Source: a virus. From it: DNA of 64,000 nt. The position numbers were made by a program, and so were the translations under genes. The notes under the pieces were generated by a model that was not told where the DNA came from, did no database searches, and saw nothing but the letters and a program-made list of their open reading frames with translations. Positions 18,780 through 29,588 of the stretch are shown in pieces. Location of the stretch: the UHGV virus genome UHGV-1451962. The stretch is one strand, 5' to 3'. How positions within the stretch are numbered: position 1 is the first letter of the stretch; every line of letters starts with the position of its first letter.

Positions 18780-21506
18780 TTGGCAACTGGTATTTTTCCT
18801 CCATTGATAAATAGTTCGCAGCCTGCTTTTACTTATGATGTTTCTGACTATATTATTTATTTTACATTACCTGATTTGATGTCTTTAAGTAGTATAAAAC
18901 ATATTCAAATTAGATTAGTAAAACAAACTAATAACAGAACAATAGTAAATACTTCTATTTATCCAGATGGAATTATTTATAAATCGAAAGATGAAATTGG
19001 TCAAAAAGGCTCACAATATACTATTTCTATAAATTTACAAGATTTAGAATCTGGGTGGAGTGCTGGAGAATTATATAAGGTACAATTACGTTTTGGAATA
19101 AATACACTTTATAATTCAATATCAGATTTTGCTAATTGGAAAAAACAGCAAATAGAAAAAAGTGCATTTTCTGAATGGTCAACAGTTATGGCAATAAAGG
19201 CTATTAATGAACCAGTAATTGAAATAAAAAATGCTACTTCTGTGAAAGAAAGCGTTCAATCAGCAAAAAATCTTGAAACTTCTTTAACGCCACTGATTAT
19301 AGGAGCTTGCAATTTTGTTACAAGTAATAGAGAATCAGTAGATAAATATAAATTTATTTTATATAATTCACATGGTAATAAAATTGAAGATAGTGGTTGG
19401 TTACAACATAATGCTTCCGCAGATAATACAGATTCACATCGTTTTTCTACTGTTTTAGAAAATGGACAAGATTATAGTGTTATTTATCAAATTGTTTCAA
19501 TAAATGGCTATGAAATTAGTTCTGCACGATATAATTTTCAGGTAAGAGAGACATATTTAAGTCAATTAGTTGGAGTAACCCTTAATGTTGATGATTCAGA
19601 TATTTCATGTATAGAAAATGCTTGTTTAAAGATATATATAAATTCTGATTCTCCTTTAAGTGGTAACTATGTATTAATTAGAACTTCTGAAAAAAGTAAT
19701 TATACAATATGGGAAGATTTAAGTTATTTCTTATATTCTAACCATACTTTTGTTAATGAATTAATTTATACTGATTATACTATTGAAAATGGCATTAAAT
19801 ATAAATATGCTTTTCAACAAGAAAATAGTGCAAGATTGCGGACTTCTCCTTTATTTGAAATTGATAAGCCTGCCAGAGGAATTAATTTTGAACATAGTTA
19901 TTTATATAAAGATGGAGTTCAATTAAAATTAGAATATAACTTTGAGTTATCTAGTTTTAAACATAGTGTCTTAGAGTCAAAGAGTGATACATTGGGTTCT
20001 AAATATCCTACTATTTTCCGCAATGGTCATGCTTATTATGCAGAATTTCCTGTTTCAGGATTAATTTCTTTTCACATGGATGATGATAATACTTTTTTTG
20101 AACTTAAAAGAGATGGGTATTATTATAAAAATAAGTTGATTATTCCTTTTGATAATATTGAAGATACAAAAATAGATACTAATCTAACACATAGTAATAT
20201 TTTTATTGAAAAAATTTTTAGAGATAAAGTAGAAGAATTTTTAAATGATGGAAGTAGTAAATTATATAAATCTGCGACAGAAGGAAATATTATTATAAAT
20301 TTAATGAATATTTCTTTAAGTCCTGAAAAAACATTAAGTAGAATGATTTACAAATTTTCTGCTACTGCTTATGAAGTTGCGGATTTTAATTTAAGTAATT
20401 TAAATAATTTAAATATTATTGATATAGGTAATTTTGAAGAATTTTCTGCTGAAGAAACTGTAGATTTATTTGGTCAATTAAGTGGAATGTATATTGGCAC
20501 TTTAAGTTTAAATAATAACTTAAATACTGATAGACCCACAAGTATTATAAATAACAATACTAAAGAAAATCTTTTAGAAAAAATAAAAGAACAAGTTGAA
20601 TATAATGTTGGCGGTGGTTATAGATATAAATTTAATAATTTAACTTCAATTTGGGTAGAACAATATCCTGTATTAACTTTTGAAGCTGAATTAAGAGAAT
20701 TAAATGCGGAACGCGCAGATTTGGCGCATCAAGGATTATCAACAAAAGAAGTTGATGAAAAAATCGCTGAATATAATAAGTTAATTAATTTTATAACTAC
20801 TGAACAAACTTATCCTTTAATTACATTAGTTATTAATGGTAAAGATTTTTCTTTAGGCAAGAATAAAGTTTTTGTTTTACAAGATGTTTTTGATAATTTA
20901 TCTAATATCTATTTAAAATACAGTGGCCCTATTATTATAAATTATACTTGTAAAGTTACACAAGTGGAAGATATTTCTAAAACAGTTCAAGCTATTGAAA
21001 CTTCTTTAGTATGGGGTCAATTAGCTGGAATTTTTACTTCTACTGATAAAACTTTATTGAGTTATAACTTTAGATATAATGATATAAAGCAATATCAAAT
21101 TCCTGATATAAATGGGGATTATGATAATATTAATTTTGATTTATTTAAATCTGAGAATATTTTTGATATTGTTAAAGAAAAAAGTAGATTCCAAATAGAA
21201 GAAATTTATGATATAGAAAATGGTTTTTCTAATTATGATAAAGATACTGATACTTGGGATAATGGAACTATTTTTTATAATTTTACTGATATATTATCTA
21301 TGGAAATTGAAGCAGACCAAGGTAGTGTATTATTACTTGATAATAATGATGGTTCAACTACTCAAATTACGATTGGTACAACTGAAAAATATGTTTTGAA
21401 CCCTTCTGATACTTTAATAAAAGGTATTCGCTTTGAAAAACCTACTTATGCAATTATAAATTATAAATGTGCTACAATGCAAACTACTAAAAATGTTGGT
21501 GGATAA
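18780..21506 (+). CDS. tail or baseplate structural protein (908 aa)
   Basis: Long ORF with TTG start 8 nt after aaaggag; lies in the tail morphogenesis block. Confidence 0.4.
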   Translation: MATGIFPPLINSSQPAFTYDVSDYIIYFTLPDLMSLSSIKHIQIRLVKQTNNRTIVNTSIYPDGIIYKSKDEIGQKGSQYTISINLQDLESGWSAGELYKVQLRFGINTLYNSISDFANWKKQQIEKSAFSEWSTVMAIKAINEPVIEIKNATSVKESVQSAKNLETSLTPLIIGACNFVTSNRESVDKYKFILYNSHGNKIEDSGWLQHNASADNTDSHRFSTVLENGQDYSVIYQIVSINGYEISSARYNFQVRETYLSQLVGVTLNVDDSDISCIENACLKIYINSDSPLSGNYVLIRTSEKSNYTIWEDLSYFLYSNHTFVNELIYTDYTIENGIKYKYAFQQENSARLRTSPLFEIDKPARGINFEHSYLYKDGVQLKLEYNFELSSFKHSVLESKSDTLGSKYPTIFRNGHAYYAEFPVSGLISFHMDDDNTFFELKRDGYYYKNKLIIPFDNIEDTKIDTNLTHSNIFIEKIFRDKVEEFLNDGSSKLYKSATEGNIIINLMNISLSPEKTLSRMIYKFSATAYEVADFNLSNLNNLNIIDIGNFEEFSAEETVDLFGQLSGMYIGTLSLNNNLNTDRPTSIINNNTKENLLEKIKEQVEYNVGGGYRYKFNNLTSIWVEQYPVLTFEAELRELNAERADLAHQGLSTKEVDEKIAEYNKLINFITTEQTYPLITLVINGKDFSLGKNKVFVLQDVFDNLSNIYLKYSGPIIINYTCKVTQVEDISKTVQAIETSLVWGQLAGIFTSTDKTLLSYNFRYNDIKQYQIPDINGDYDNINFDLFKSENIFDIVKEKSRFQIEEIYDIENGFSNYDKDTDTWDNGTIFYNFTDILSMEIEADQGSVLLLDNNDGSTTQITIGTTEKYVLNPSDTLIKGIRFEKPTYAIINYKCATMQTTKNVGG

Positions 21507-21520
21507 AGAGGAGGAAGAAT

Positions 21521-23416
21521 ATGTTTGAATATCTTAAAGACTATGATTTTTTAAACAAGTTAGATAAATTGCGAGTTCGCGTTCAATATGCGAAACTTAT
21601 TCTTCTTTCTTTTGATGAAAAACCTATTAAAGAAATTCAAGGTAATATTACTGCCGGTTCATTGTCAATTAATGGTTCTTCCGCAATTAGAAGAACTATT
21701 AGCTTAACTATGTTAGCTAATTTAAATAATAATGATTTAACAAATTTAGATAATGATATTTCTTTAAATAAAAAAATTAAAATTTTAATTGGATATAATA
21801 ATCCTTTAAGAGAATATCAAAAATATGGAGAAATTATTTGGTTTCCTTGCGGGGTTTTTTTGGTTTCTACTGCTAGTATTACTAGAGCAACTGGTGGTTG
21901 GACTATCAGTATTTCTGGTAAAGATAAAATGGTAATGTTAGATGGCAGTGTAGGTGGAATGCTACCTGCTTCTGTTACTTTCCATGAATCATATGTGTAT
22001 AATAAGGATAAAACAGAAGCAGTAGTTAATTATCCTACTATTTACCAAATTATTCAAGAAACAGTTAATCATTGGGGAGAAGAGCCAATAAATAATATTT
22101 TTATTACAGATTTAGAGGAAACCGCAAAACTTTTAGTAAAATATATTGGAGAGCAACCTATATATCTAAGTAATAATTATTCTAGTTTAAGTTATACTCC
22201 TGGAGATACTTATCCTTATATGTTTATAAATGGGCAAGATATTGGATATAAAGAAACAGATTTTACTTATCCTGGAGAATTGATTTTAAAAGCTGGCGAT
22301 AGTGTAGTTACTTTATTAAATAAGATTTGCGATACTTTAGGTAATTTTGAATTTTTTTATGATATAGATGGACGTTTTATTTTTCAAGAAAAGAAAAATT
22401 ATTTAAATACTGGAAGTCCGCTATTAGATTTAAATATTGAAGATTATGTACAGAATTATTCAAATACAAAATATGCTTATAGTTTAACTGATTTAGATAA
22501 TATTACTTCTCTTGCTATTGCTCCAAAATATGATGAAATTAAAAATGATTTTATTGTATGGGGAAAAAGAAAAACAACAGATGGTGCAGAAATAGATATT
22601 CGTTATCATTTAGCTATTGATGCTAAACCAATTCTTAATTATTGTTTACAATATATGTGGGCTATTTATGAAAATGAAGTTTTATTAAGATACGAATTTA
22701 CTTATATAAATAATCCTCCTGTTAATGGTAAATTAATAGCTAGTCCTTGTAAAGAATGGCGAGAAGAATTATATAGACAAGCTTTAATTGCTTCCTTAAA
22801 TAATTTAACAAATAGTAATTATGATATGGAACTATTAGCTGAATGGCGTAATTTATATGACCCTGAAAATGCAGATTGGAAAGTAACAGATAATTGGAAT
22901 CCAAAAGTTTATTCTGACCCTAGAAATTTAAATTATTGGCTAGATTTTATAGATACTGGTACAGCAATTGGTAAATACTCAGTCAATATGATTGGACGTC
23001 GCACAAAAGTTATTAATAGTTCTGAAGTAACTTGTATATATAATACAGAAGTTCCTGATGTTATTTTTATGACCCAAGAACAATGGGAAAATGTAGAAAA
23101 AAGAAAATATTATGATTCTATTGGTCAAAAATATTTTAGAATTACTGATAATTATAAATCTATTTTTGCTAGTAGTTCTACTGGTTCTAGTGCTTTTGAT
23201 CAAATTCGAGAATTATTATATCAAAATTTAAGTTATAATACTCAAGTCACTATACAAGGAGTACCCAAGTATTATTTAGAACCAAATAATATTATTTATA
23301 TAGAAGATATGGAAAGTAATATTATAGGAAATTATGCGATTTCTCAAATTACTTTACCTTTAACTTATTCAGGCACAATGTCAATTACAGCTACAGAAGT
23401 GCTAACTAGAGTATAA
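21521..23416 (+). CDS. tail or baseplate structural protein (631 aa)
   Basis: ORF with strong RBS (agaggagg); co-oriented within the tail block. Confidence 0.4.
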   Translation: MFEYLKDYDFLNKLDKLRVRVQYAKLILLSFDEKPIKEIQGNITAGSLSINGSSAIRRTISLTMLANLNNNDLTNLDNDISLNKKIKILIGYNNPLREYQKYGEIIWFPCGVFLVSTASITRATGGWTISISGKDKMVMLDGSVGGMLPASVTFHESYVYNKDKTEAVVNYPTIYQIIQETVNHWGEEPINNIFITDLEETAKLLVKYIGEQPIYLSNNYSSLSYTPGDTYPYMFINGQDIGYKETDFTYPGELILKAGDSVVTLLNKICDTLGNFEFFYDIDGRFIFQEKKNYLNTGSPLLDLNIEDYVQNYSNTKYAYSLTDLDNITSLAIAPKYDEIKNDFIVWGKRKTTDGAEIDIRYHLAIDAKPILNYCLQYMWAIYENEVLLRYEFTYINNPPVNGKLIASPCKEWREELYRQALIASLNNLTNSNYDMELLAEWRNLYDPENADWKVTDNWNPKVYSDPRNLNYWLDFIDTGTAIGKYSVNMIGRRTKVINSSEVTCIYNTEVPDVIFMTQEQWENVEKRKYYDSIGQKYFRITDNYKSIFASSSTGSSAFDQIRELLYQNLSYNTQVTIQGVPKYYLEPNNIIYIEDMESNIIGNYAISQITLPLTYSGTMSITATEVLTRV

Positions 23417-23431
23417 GGAGGAATAAATTAA

Positions 23432-24040
23432 ATGGCGAATGTTGGTCAGATAATTTATAATTTAGAAGATTATAATTCTAGTGGCGGATATATTTCTACA
23501 GCTAATGGCAATACTACTCAAACTATTACTTCTGCTACTGATCCAGATTATGAAACTAATAAAATAGATATTTTTACTCGTAATCTAGTAGAAATTTATG
23601 CAAGTAAACAATTTTCTAAAGTAGGAATACAGGCTCCTCCTGGTACTAAATTAGTAATGAATACTAATAAAAATATTATGATAGGCCGCACAGGAGTTTA
23701 TGAGTTGGATGAAGATATTGCTATTACTGGATTATATTTTCTTCGCCCTAAAAATTACATATTAGATACTGAAACAACAGAAAAAAATCTTTCAGATGGT
23801 AAGAAAAAATTAGAAGCTGCGGAAACAGCTCGAAAAGTTTCTATGGCAGAGCTTGAAAAAAAATATCCTGAACATAATAATGCTTATTGGGCTGAATATA
23901 ATCAGATTCAGGCTGTGTATGATGAAGCTTACCGAGTGGCATTAGCGCAATATAATACTGGTATTAATGGTGTGTATAAACTTGACGCAGAAAATCCATA
24001 TAAAGATTTATATAATGTAATTATAGATTTTATTTATTAA
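23432..24040 (+). CDS. hypothetical tail-associated protein
   Basis: 202-aa ORF with strong RBS (aaggagg). Confidence 0.4.
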   Translation: MANVGQIIYNLEDYNSSGGYISTANGNTTQTITSATDPDYETNKIDIFTRNLVEIYASKQFSKVGIQAPPGTKLVMNTNKNIMIGRTGVYELDEDIAITGLYFLRPKNYILDTETTEKNLSDGKKKLEAAETARKVSMAELEKKYPEHNNAYWAEYNQIQAVYDEAYRVALAQYNTGINGVYKLDAENPYKDLYNVIIDFIY

Positions 24041-24053
24041 GGAGGTGCTATAA

Positions 24054-26243
24054 TTGTTTAGTTTTTATGGTGGACAGCAAGGAAAAAACTTTGAGATAAA
24101 ACAAATATTTAAAAATAAAGTTGCTATGGTAGCCGATTTAGACAAAAGATGGCAATCTCCTATTGGAGTTGGAGAAATTGTAATGATTTCTTATGGCCTA
24201 CCTGGTGGAACTCCTGAACAACGAGCAATTTATGATGCTAATAAAAATGTAGATACCGCAAAATATAAAAGAGCTTATAACTCTACTCTTTGGCAAAAAA
24301 TTTTTACTGAAGAAGAACATGCGGGAGAAGAACCAATTAGAGGGATAGAAATTTTATATTTGTCAGACAAAAATTATGGTCTTGGTTATAAATTAATTAC
24401 TTCTTTAACTGGTGAAACTCCTAGAATTAAAATTATTTTGCCATCTACTGTTCTTAATGCAGACCAAGAACCAACAGTAGATGTAGATAATAACGATACA
24501 GATTTCCCTTCGGTTTTATTCAGTTTGCCACAAAGTCAAGTAATGGTTATGGCAGATTTAATTACCAAAAAACCTGGCGAAACTGTTATTCCTACATTAA
24601 ATTATAATGAAGATGATATTAATCATCCTATTATTACTTTTACTTTACCAGAGATGTGGGAATTTGAAATTGGAAATATTGAATATATTTCTGCGGATTC
24701 TGAGCCAAGGGCAACGATTACTTTGGACGAAGATAAACAAACAAAAAAATTGAATATGTGGTTGCCTAAAGGTTATGATTTTGCTCCTATTGATTTTAGC
24801 ACTTTAGAACCAGGTCAAACACCTGAATGTTCTTTGACCTATGATAATGACCACATAGTAACAATTCATTTAAAGATTCCACGCTCACAAAAATTCCGCA
24901 CTGATGTTATTACTAATCATTTAGCTCCTGCGGAATTACCAACAGTTGAAATCTCTGCTGATCCCGATAATCCGCAGTTTACTTTTAATTTGCCAGAATC
25001 AGCAGAATTTTTTTATGGAGATTTATTAGGACAATCAAAAGATATAACTTATTCTTTAGGTACTATTGTTCCTAACGCGAAGGTAGGAGATTATTATATA
25101 AATAAAGATACTGGTTTTATTTATTATATTAGTCAGATTACTGAAACTTCTACTACTTTTGTTTATTGTGCTTGTTTGGCTGGTAAAACTCCTGAAGTAC
25201 AAACTGATATAAAAGATCCGTTTACTGAATCAGGAGAAAGAGTAGACGTTAGTGTTGAGTCTAGTTATAAAGACCCTATTGAAAAAACTGGCCCTATTCA
25301 TAAATTTATTTTTCCAACAATTCCAAATATTACTTCTACTTATGAAGATGTTGGTTCCGCGGATCAAGGAACAGTAGAAAAAAGTATTGTTGGTACTGAT
25401 ACTATTAATTTTAAATTTATACTACCTAGCGGCGCACGTTGGTTTGTCGGCGATGAAGTGAATGATAATAAATTAAATACTGTTATTGAAGGCGCTCAAA
25501 ATGGAGACTATTACCTTTATTCTGTTGATGATATGACAGATGATTTTAGAGGTAATATATATTTATTTAATGGTACAGCTTGGACTAAAACCGATAAAAA
25601 CATAGAAGGCCCAGTTGGTAAAGCTCTTAATATTAAAAATTCATATACTTTCACTGAAGCAGATGGTGTTGATACACTTGAAAATATTGGAAATAAATTA
25701 AAAGCTTATTATCCTAATGGTATAAGTTCAGATGAAATTTTACAAGTGACTTATTCTTCTGTTGAAAATGGTGATACTGCATATTGGTATTATTATACAA
25801 ATAATACTTGGGGAAGAGCGCAATTAACTGGTGGTGTAGCCAGCTTATTACAAGATAAGTATGATATAGATAATAGCACTAATAAAACATATACAGCTAA
25901 TTATATTAATAATTTAATTGTTAATGAAATTTTAGCCGCGGATTTAGAGCGAAAAACCTATACCGCAAAAGCTATTAATGAGAAAAATGAAGCATTACAA
26001 ACAAAAATAAATGAAGTTGCAGCTTTAATCAGTGATGAACCTGCTGATAAAACAAAAGGTACTTACACTGCTAAAGTAATAGATAATTTAATTACTACTG
26101 TCGGCAATAGAATTAATTCCAATCCAGTAGATAAAGATAAAGAAACATATAATGCTAAAACTTTGGATACAAAAATAGAAGAAATTATTACCCAAATTAA
26201 TAGTATTAATACATGGGGTAGAATTTCAGATTTATTAAACTAA
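24054..26243 (+). CDS. tail fibre or tail spike-like protein (729 aa)
   Basis: TTG start after aaggagg; C-terminal region has repeated KTYTAKxI-type segments and a coiled-coil-like stretch; followed by a hairpin terminator. Confidence 0.4.
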   Translation: MFSFYGGQQGKNFEIKQIFKNKVAMVADLDKRWQSPIGVGEIVMISYGLPGGTPEQRAIYDANKNVDTAKYKRAYNSTLWQKIFTEEEHAGEEPIRGIEILYLSDKNYGLGYKLITSLTGETPRIKIILPSTVLNADQEPTVDVDNNDTDFPSVLFSLPQSQVMVMADLITKKPGETVIPTLNYNEDDINHPIITFTLPEMWEFEIGNIEYISADSEPRATITLDEDKQTKKLNMWLPKGYDFAPIDFSTLEPGQTPECSLTYDNDHIVTIHLKIPRSQKFRTDVITNHLAPAELPTVEISADPDNPQFTFNLPESAEFFYGDLLGQSKDITYSLGTIVPNAKVGDYYINKDTGFIYYISQITETSTTFVYCACLAGKTPEVQTDIKDPFTESGERVDVSVESSYKDPIEKTGPIHKFIFPTIPNITSTYEDVGSADQGTVEKSIVGTDTINFKFILPSGARWFVGDEVNDNKLNTVIEGAQNGDYYLYSVDDMTDDFRGNIYLFNGTAWTKTDKNIEGPVGKALNIKNSYTFTEADGVDTLENIGNKLKAYYPNGISSDEILQVTYSSVENGDTAYWYYYTNNTWGRAQLTGGVASLLQDKYDIDNSTNKTYTANYINNLIVNEILAADLERKTYTAKAINEKNEALQTKINEVAALISDEPADKTKGTYTAKVIDNLITTVGNRINSNPVDKDKETYNAKTLDTKIEEIITQINSINTWGRISDLLN

Positions 26244-26263
26244 AGAATAAGATATTCTTTTCT

Positions 26264-26297
26264 AAGGGGAAGATTTTATTCTTCCCCTTATGTTTTA
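26264..26297 (+). terminator. rho-independent terminator (weak T-run)
   Basis: Stem aaggggaaga / tcttcccctt with 6-nt loop followed by atgtttt. Confidence 0.4.
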
Positions 26298-26313
26298 TAT
26301 AAGGAGGAAAATT

Positions 26314-26916
26314 ATGGCTTTATTTAAAGTTTTTTATGGAACAGAAGCTGAGATGAATCAAGTCGCAGTAAAAGAGTCTTATGCTTATATCCTAGAAGAG
26401 AATGATTGTATGTATGTCGATTTTAATAATGCTAGACATAAATTAAATGCGGGATATGCAGAAAAACTTCGGAAATTTAATGCGGCTGGAGCAGTTGAAA
26501 TAGAAATTGATCCAGAAGAATTGGTTTTAAATTCTGATATTATTGATATAGAACATGGTGGCACTGGTGGCAAAACTGCGGCTGAAGCAAGAACTAATTT
26601 AGATGTTTATAGTAAAACAGAAGTAAGCGATAATATTAAAACTGCTACTGATAAGGTCACTTCTAAGGCTTATCCTGCTACATTGTCCGTAGGAGCTTGG
26701 ACATTAGATGGAGAAGTTTATAAAATGTCTTATTTAATTGAAACTTTGAAGTGTGGTGCTGATGGTACGGTTCCGCCAATTATTACTTACACCAACAATT
26801 TAGAAGAATATTCTAAAATTGAAAAGGCTACTGCTACTCCTGGTTTTGGAGTTACTTTCGAGATAAAAGAAAAACCTACTGATAGTATAGGTATTATTAT
26901 TGTAGATAATTGTTAA
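26314..26916 (+). CDS. tail fibre protein (N-terminal GGTG-type motif)
   Basis: Contains DIEHGGTGGKTAAEARTNLDVY, which matches the conserved N-terminal tail-fibre motif; start placed at the ATG 7 nt after aaggagg rather than the track start at 26290. Confidence 0.5.
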   Translation: MALFKVFYGTEAEMNQVAVKESYAYILEENDCMYVDFNNARHKLNAGYAEKLRKFNAAGAVEIEIDPEELVLNSDIIDIEHGGTGGKTAAEARTNLDVYSKTEVSDNIKTATDKVTSKAYPATLSVGAWTLDGEVYKMSYLIETLKCGADGTVPPIITYTNNLEEYSKIEKATATPGFGVTFEIKEKPTDSIGIIIVDNC

Positions 26917-26929
26917 TAAAAATAAAATG

Positions 26930-26962
26930 GGTAAGAGCTAAATGCTCTTACCCATTTTTTTG
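26930..26962. terminator. bidirectional rho-independent terminator at strand switch
   Basis: Stem gggtaagagc / gctcttaccc with 5-nt loop; T-run on plus strand and U-rich flank on the minus strand; lies between convergent genes. Confidence 0.6.
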
Positions 26963-26964
26963 TT

Positions 26965-27402
26965 TTATATAATATGATAATAAGGTTTTTCTTCATCAAA
27001 GATTTTCCATCTAAGAAAATCATCTAAAATAATTCCTATTAGACCTAGAATAAACCAAAGACAACTAAAAGATAAACATATTTGTCCTTTATAATTAAAA
27101 GGTAAATGTGAATAATCCCAAATATTAAGTTGTAATTGAATGTTTAAAATATATCCAAATAAAAATTCTAAACTTGTTATAATTGCGGTTCCAATTAATC
27201 CTTGAGCCAATAAAGACCAATTCCAAGGAATATTTTCATTTAAGCTACCTAAAATTAAAAAAGATAAACCGCCTAAGATAAACATTGACCAATGAGTATT
27301 TCCTGAATGTATATATGTTTTGTAAACAAATTCAATTAACCAGTAAATACTTCCGCCAATCAAAAATAATATAGAATTTCTAAAAAAAGAATTAATTTTC
27401 AT
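26965..27402 (-). CDS. integral membrane protein (function unknown)
   Basis: 145-aa ORF with several hydrophobic helix-length segments; overlaps the upstream minus-strand ORF by 11 nt. Confidence 0.4.
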   Translation of the reverse strand: MKINSFFRNSILFLIGGSIYWLIEFVYKTYIHSGNTHWSMFILGGLSFLILGSLNENIPWNWSLLAQGLIGTAIITSLEFLFGYILNIQLQLNIWDYSHLPFNYKGQICLSFSCLWFILGLIGIILDDFLRWKIFDEEKPYYHII

Positions 27403-28051
27403 ATTTTAATTCTATGGCTTTAATTTCCTTATAATTTTTAGCAGTATAAATTTGTGTTTTATATTGTTGCATTTTTTTATAATAAGGATAAACAAAATCA
27501 GAAATAGCTAAAGCTAAAGCAGTCAAATTTTCAACTGTCCAAGATGTACATTCTTCTTGGCGAGCATGCCATTCTAATCTAGGATTCTCTGCTCCAGCCT
27601 GAACTGCCATAGAATATTGATTCATATTTAGGCTAATTTCTGATTGATCTTCTTCTGTAACTCCATATTGCTTTCCATCAATCCAAGTCAAAGGATTATT
27701 AATGAGGAAATTAGCGAAAGCTTTTTTATTTTCTTCTTGTTTCATTTTTTGATATTCTTCTAAAGAATAGTAATATGTTAATTCATTTTTTTCATTATCA
27801 TATTTATAAAAATTAGGTTCATAATCTTCTGGAATATTACCATCAAAAGATAAGATTCTTACTGCATCAATAGAACCTGTCATATCTGAATTAGCCAAAA
27901 TGAAATGGCTATTGCAATCTGAGCCTATTACTCCTGTAGCTTCACCTTCCGAGCAAGCAATGACAATACTTGGGTTGGATTGTAATTTGATGTAGCGGAT
28001 TTCCGCAAGGATATCGACTACTATATTTTCTCTATTGATTAATAAATACAT
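27392..28051 (-). CDS. hypothetical protein, translationally coupled to the DGR reverse transcriptase
   Basis: 219-aa ORF whose start overlaps the RT stop by 1 nt; no recognisable motif. Confidence 0.4.
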   Translation of the reverse strand: MYLLINRENIVVDILAEIRYIKLQSNPSIVIACSEGEATGVIGSDCNSHFILANSDMTGSIDAVRILSFDGNIPEDYEPNFYKYDNEKNELTYYYSLEEYQKMKQEENKKAFANFLINNPLTWIDGKQYGVTEEDQSEISLNMNQYSMAVQAGAENPRLEWHARQEECTSWTVENLTALALAISDFVYPYYKKMQQYKTQIYTAKNYKEIKAIELKYEN

Positions 28052-29307
28052 TATAATATTTCAACTCCTTTAAATAATGAATGGAAATAATTATCAAGAT
28101 TTTGTATAATATAAAAAGTAGTACCTTTATTTATATGTTCTCTAAAACCTCGATATGATTCTTGAATTTCTATATCAGTTATTTTACCTTGTAGCCAAAG
28201 TTGGTGCATTTTTCTCATTTTTCTATATTGTCGCTTTATTTTCTTTTTAAATGGAGTTTGAATAATTTTATTCGTATTAGTTAAATAAAAATCCCATTTT
28301 AAATATTTAAATGGATTATGTTTATCCGAACGTCTTTTATGAGGATAATTATTTTTATCTAGTTTTATTGGACTAATTTTAATTATTTTAGTTTTTCTTT
28401 TGTTACATTTTAAATGTATTTTATTTAATTCATTTTCAATTTTATTAAGACATTCTTTTAAATAATCTTTGTCATTATGCAAAATATAAATATCGTCCAT
28501 ATAACGTCCATAATATTTTAAATGCAAATGCTCTTTTGCATAATGGTCAATTCCATTTAATGCCAATAAAGCTAATAATTGAGATGCTTGACTACCTAAA
28601 CCTAAACTTTTATGATTAAATTCATAATAAGTACAATTTTTATAAAATTGTTTAGGATAAATTATCTTATATTTTTGTTTTTTGATGATATAGTATTGTT
28701 TATTAGGAATAGGAACTGTATCTTTTGTGACTGAAAAACAAAAGGTATCAATAATATAATCAATTAATTTAAATACTCGTTTTTCTTTAATATAATGTTT
28801 TGCCATTTGCTTTAAAGAATTATGGTCTATTGAATCAAAAAATTTTTGAATATCAATTCTTAAACCATAAAAAGATTTTCCTAAACCATATGTTCTGTGC
28901 GCTGCTTGTAAATGTTTACGCACTTCTAGCAAAGCAAAATCAATTCCTTTTCCTTTTAATGTAGCACAATTATCATAAATAAATTTTGGAGTTAGTTCTG
29001 GAATAAGAACTTGCGAACATAATGTATTTTGTGCCAATCTGTCATAAATATGGCACGCTCTTATATCTCTGGGTTTGCCCCGCTCAATTATACTAAAACT
29101 GTTAAAAACTAATTGTTCATAACTGTCATTTTCTAATTGTTCTTTAAGCGTTAAGATGTTATTTAATCTATTTTCTTCAAAATTAACTGTACTATCTTTC
29201 CATCTTACGTTTCGGCAAATAGAATAAGAAGAATCATAAAAAGCGTCAAAATTACAAAAACGCTGGAAAAGATTTTCTTCTATAAAAAATTCTCCTTTTT
29301 TTATCAT
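28051..29307 (-). CDS. DGR-type reverse transcriptase
   Basis: 418 aa; RT motif 2 (GLRIDIQKFFDSIDH), DGR-type motif 4 (GLGSQASQ = GxxxSQ), catalytic YMDD (YGRYMDDIYIL); lies directly downstream of the TR in the canonical target-avd-TR-RT order. Confidence 0.85.
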   Translation of the reverse strand: MIKKGEFFIEENLFQRFCNFDAFYDSSYSICRNVRWKDSTVNFEENRLNNILTLKEQLENDSYEQLVFNSFSIIERGKPRDIRACHIYDRLAQNTLCSQVLIPELTPKFIYDNCATLKGKGIDFALLEVRKHLQAAHRTYGLGKSFYGLRIDIQKFFDSIDHNSLKQMAKHYIKEKRVFKLIDYIIDTFCFSVTKDTVPIPNKQYYIIKKQKYKIIYPKQFYKNCTYYEFNHKSLGLGSQASQLLALLALNGIDHYAKEHLHLKYYGRYMDDIYILHNDKDYLKECLNKIENELNKIHLKCNKRKTKIIKISPIKLDKNNYPHKRRSDKHNPFKYLKWDFYLTNTNKIIQTPFKKKIKRQYRKMRKMHQLWLQGKITDIEIQESYRGFREHINKGTTFYIIQNLDNYFHSLFKGVEIL

Positions 29308-29588
29308 GCGGTGCTAGATTGTGTGCTCTGACACGCACATCCGCAATCTTAATTAATTATCTGTATAGATAAAAGGTTAAATTCTCCTTAAATGAAAGCT
29401 ATCTATTATAATCTAAGTCTTTTATTTAATATTTCCTCTCCTTCTTGGTTTTAAAACCAATGCGTCCAGAAAATACCAAAATAGATGAGTTATAACATAG
29501 GTTATAATTTTCTGGGGTAACACTTAGTCGTCTCAGTCGATGTCGCCTGCGGCTCCATCACCAGAGACAGTTAGAGTTCTCATCTAAT

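Noticed and set aside
29308-29588. Possible tRNA or small ORF in the TR-RT spacer
   Set aside because: No cloverleaf-like T-arm motif or credible ORF with RBS was seen; better explained as the structured non-coding part of the DGR RNA.
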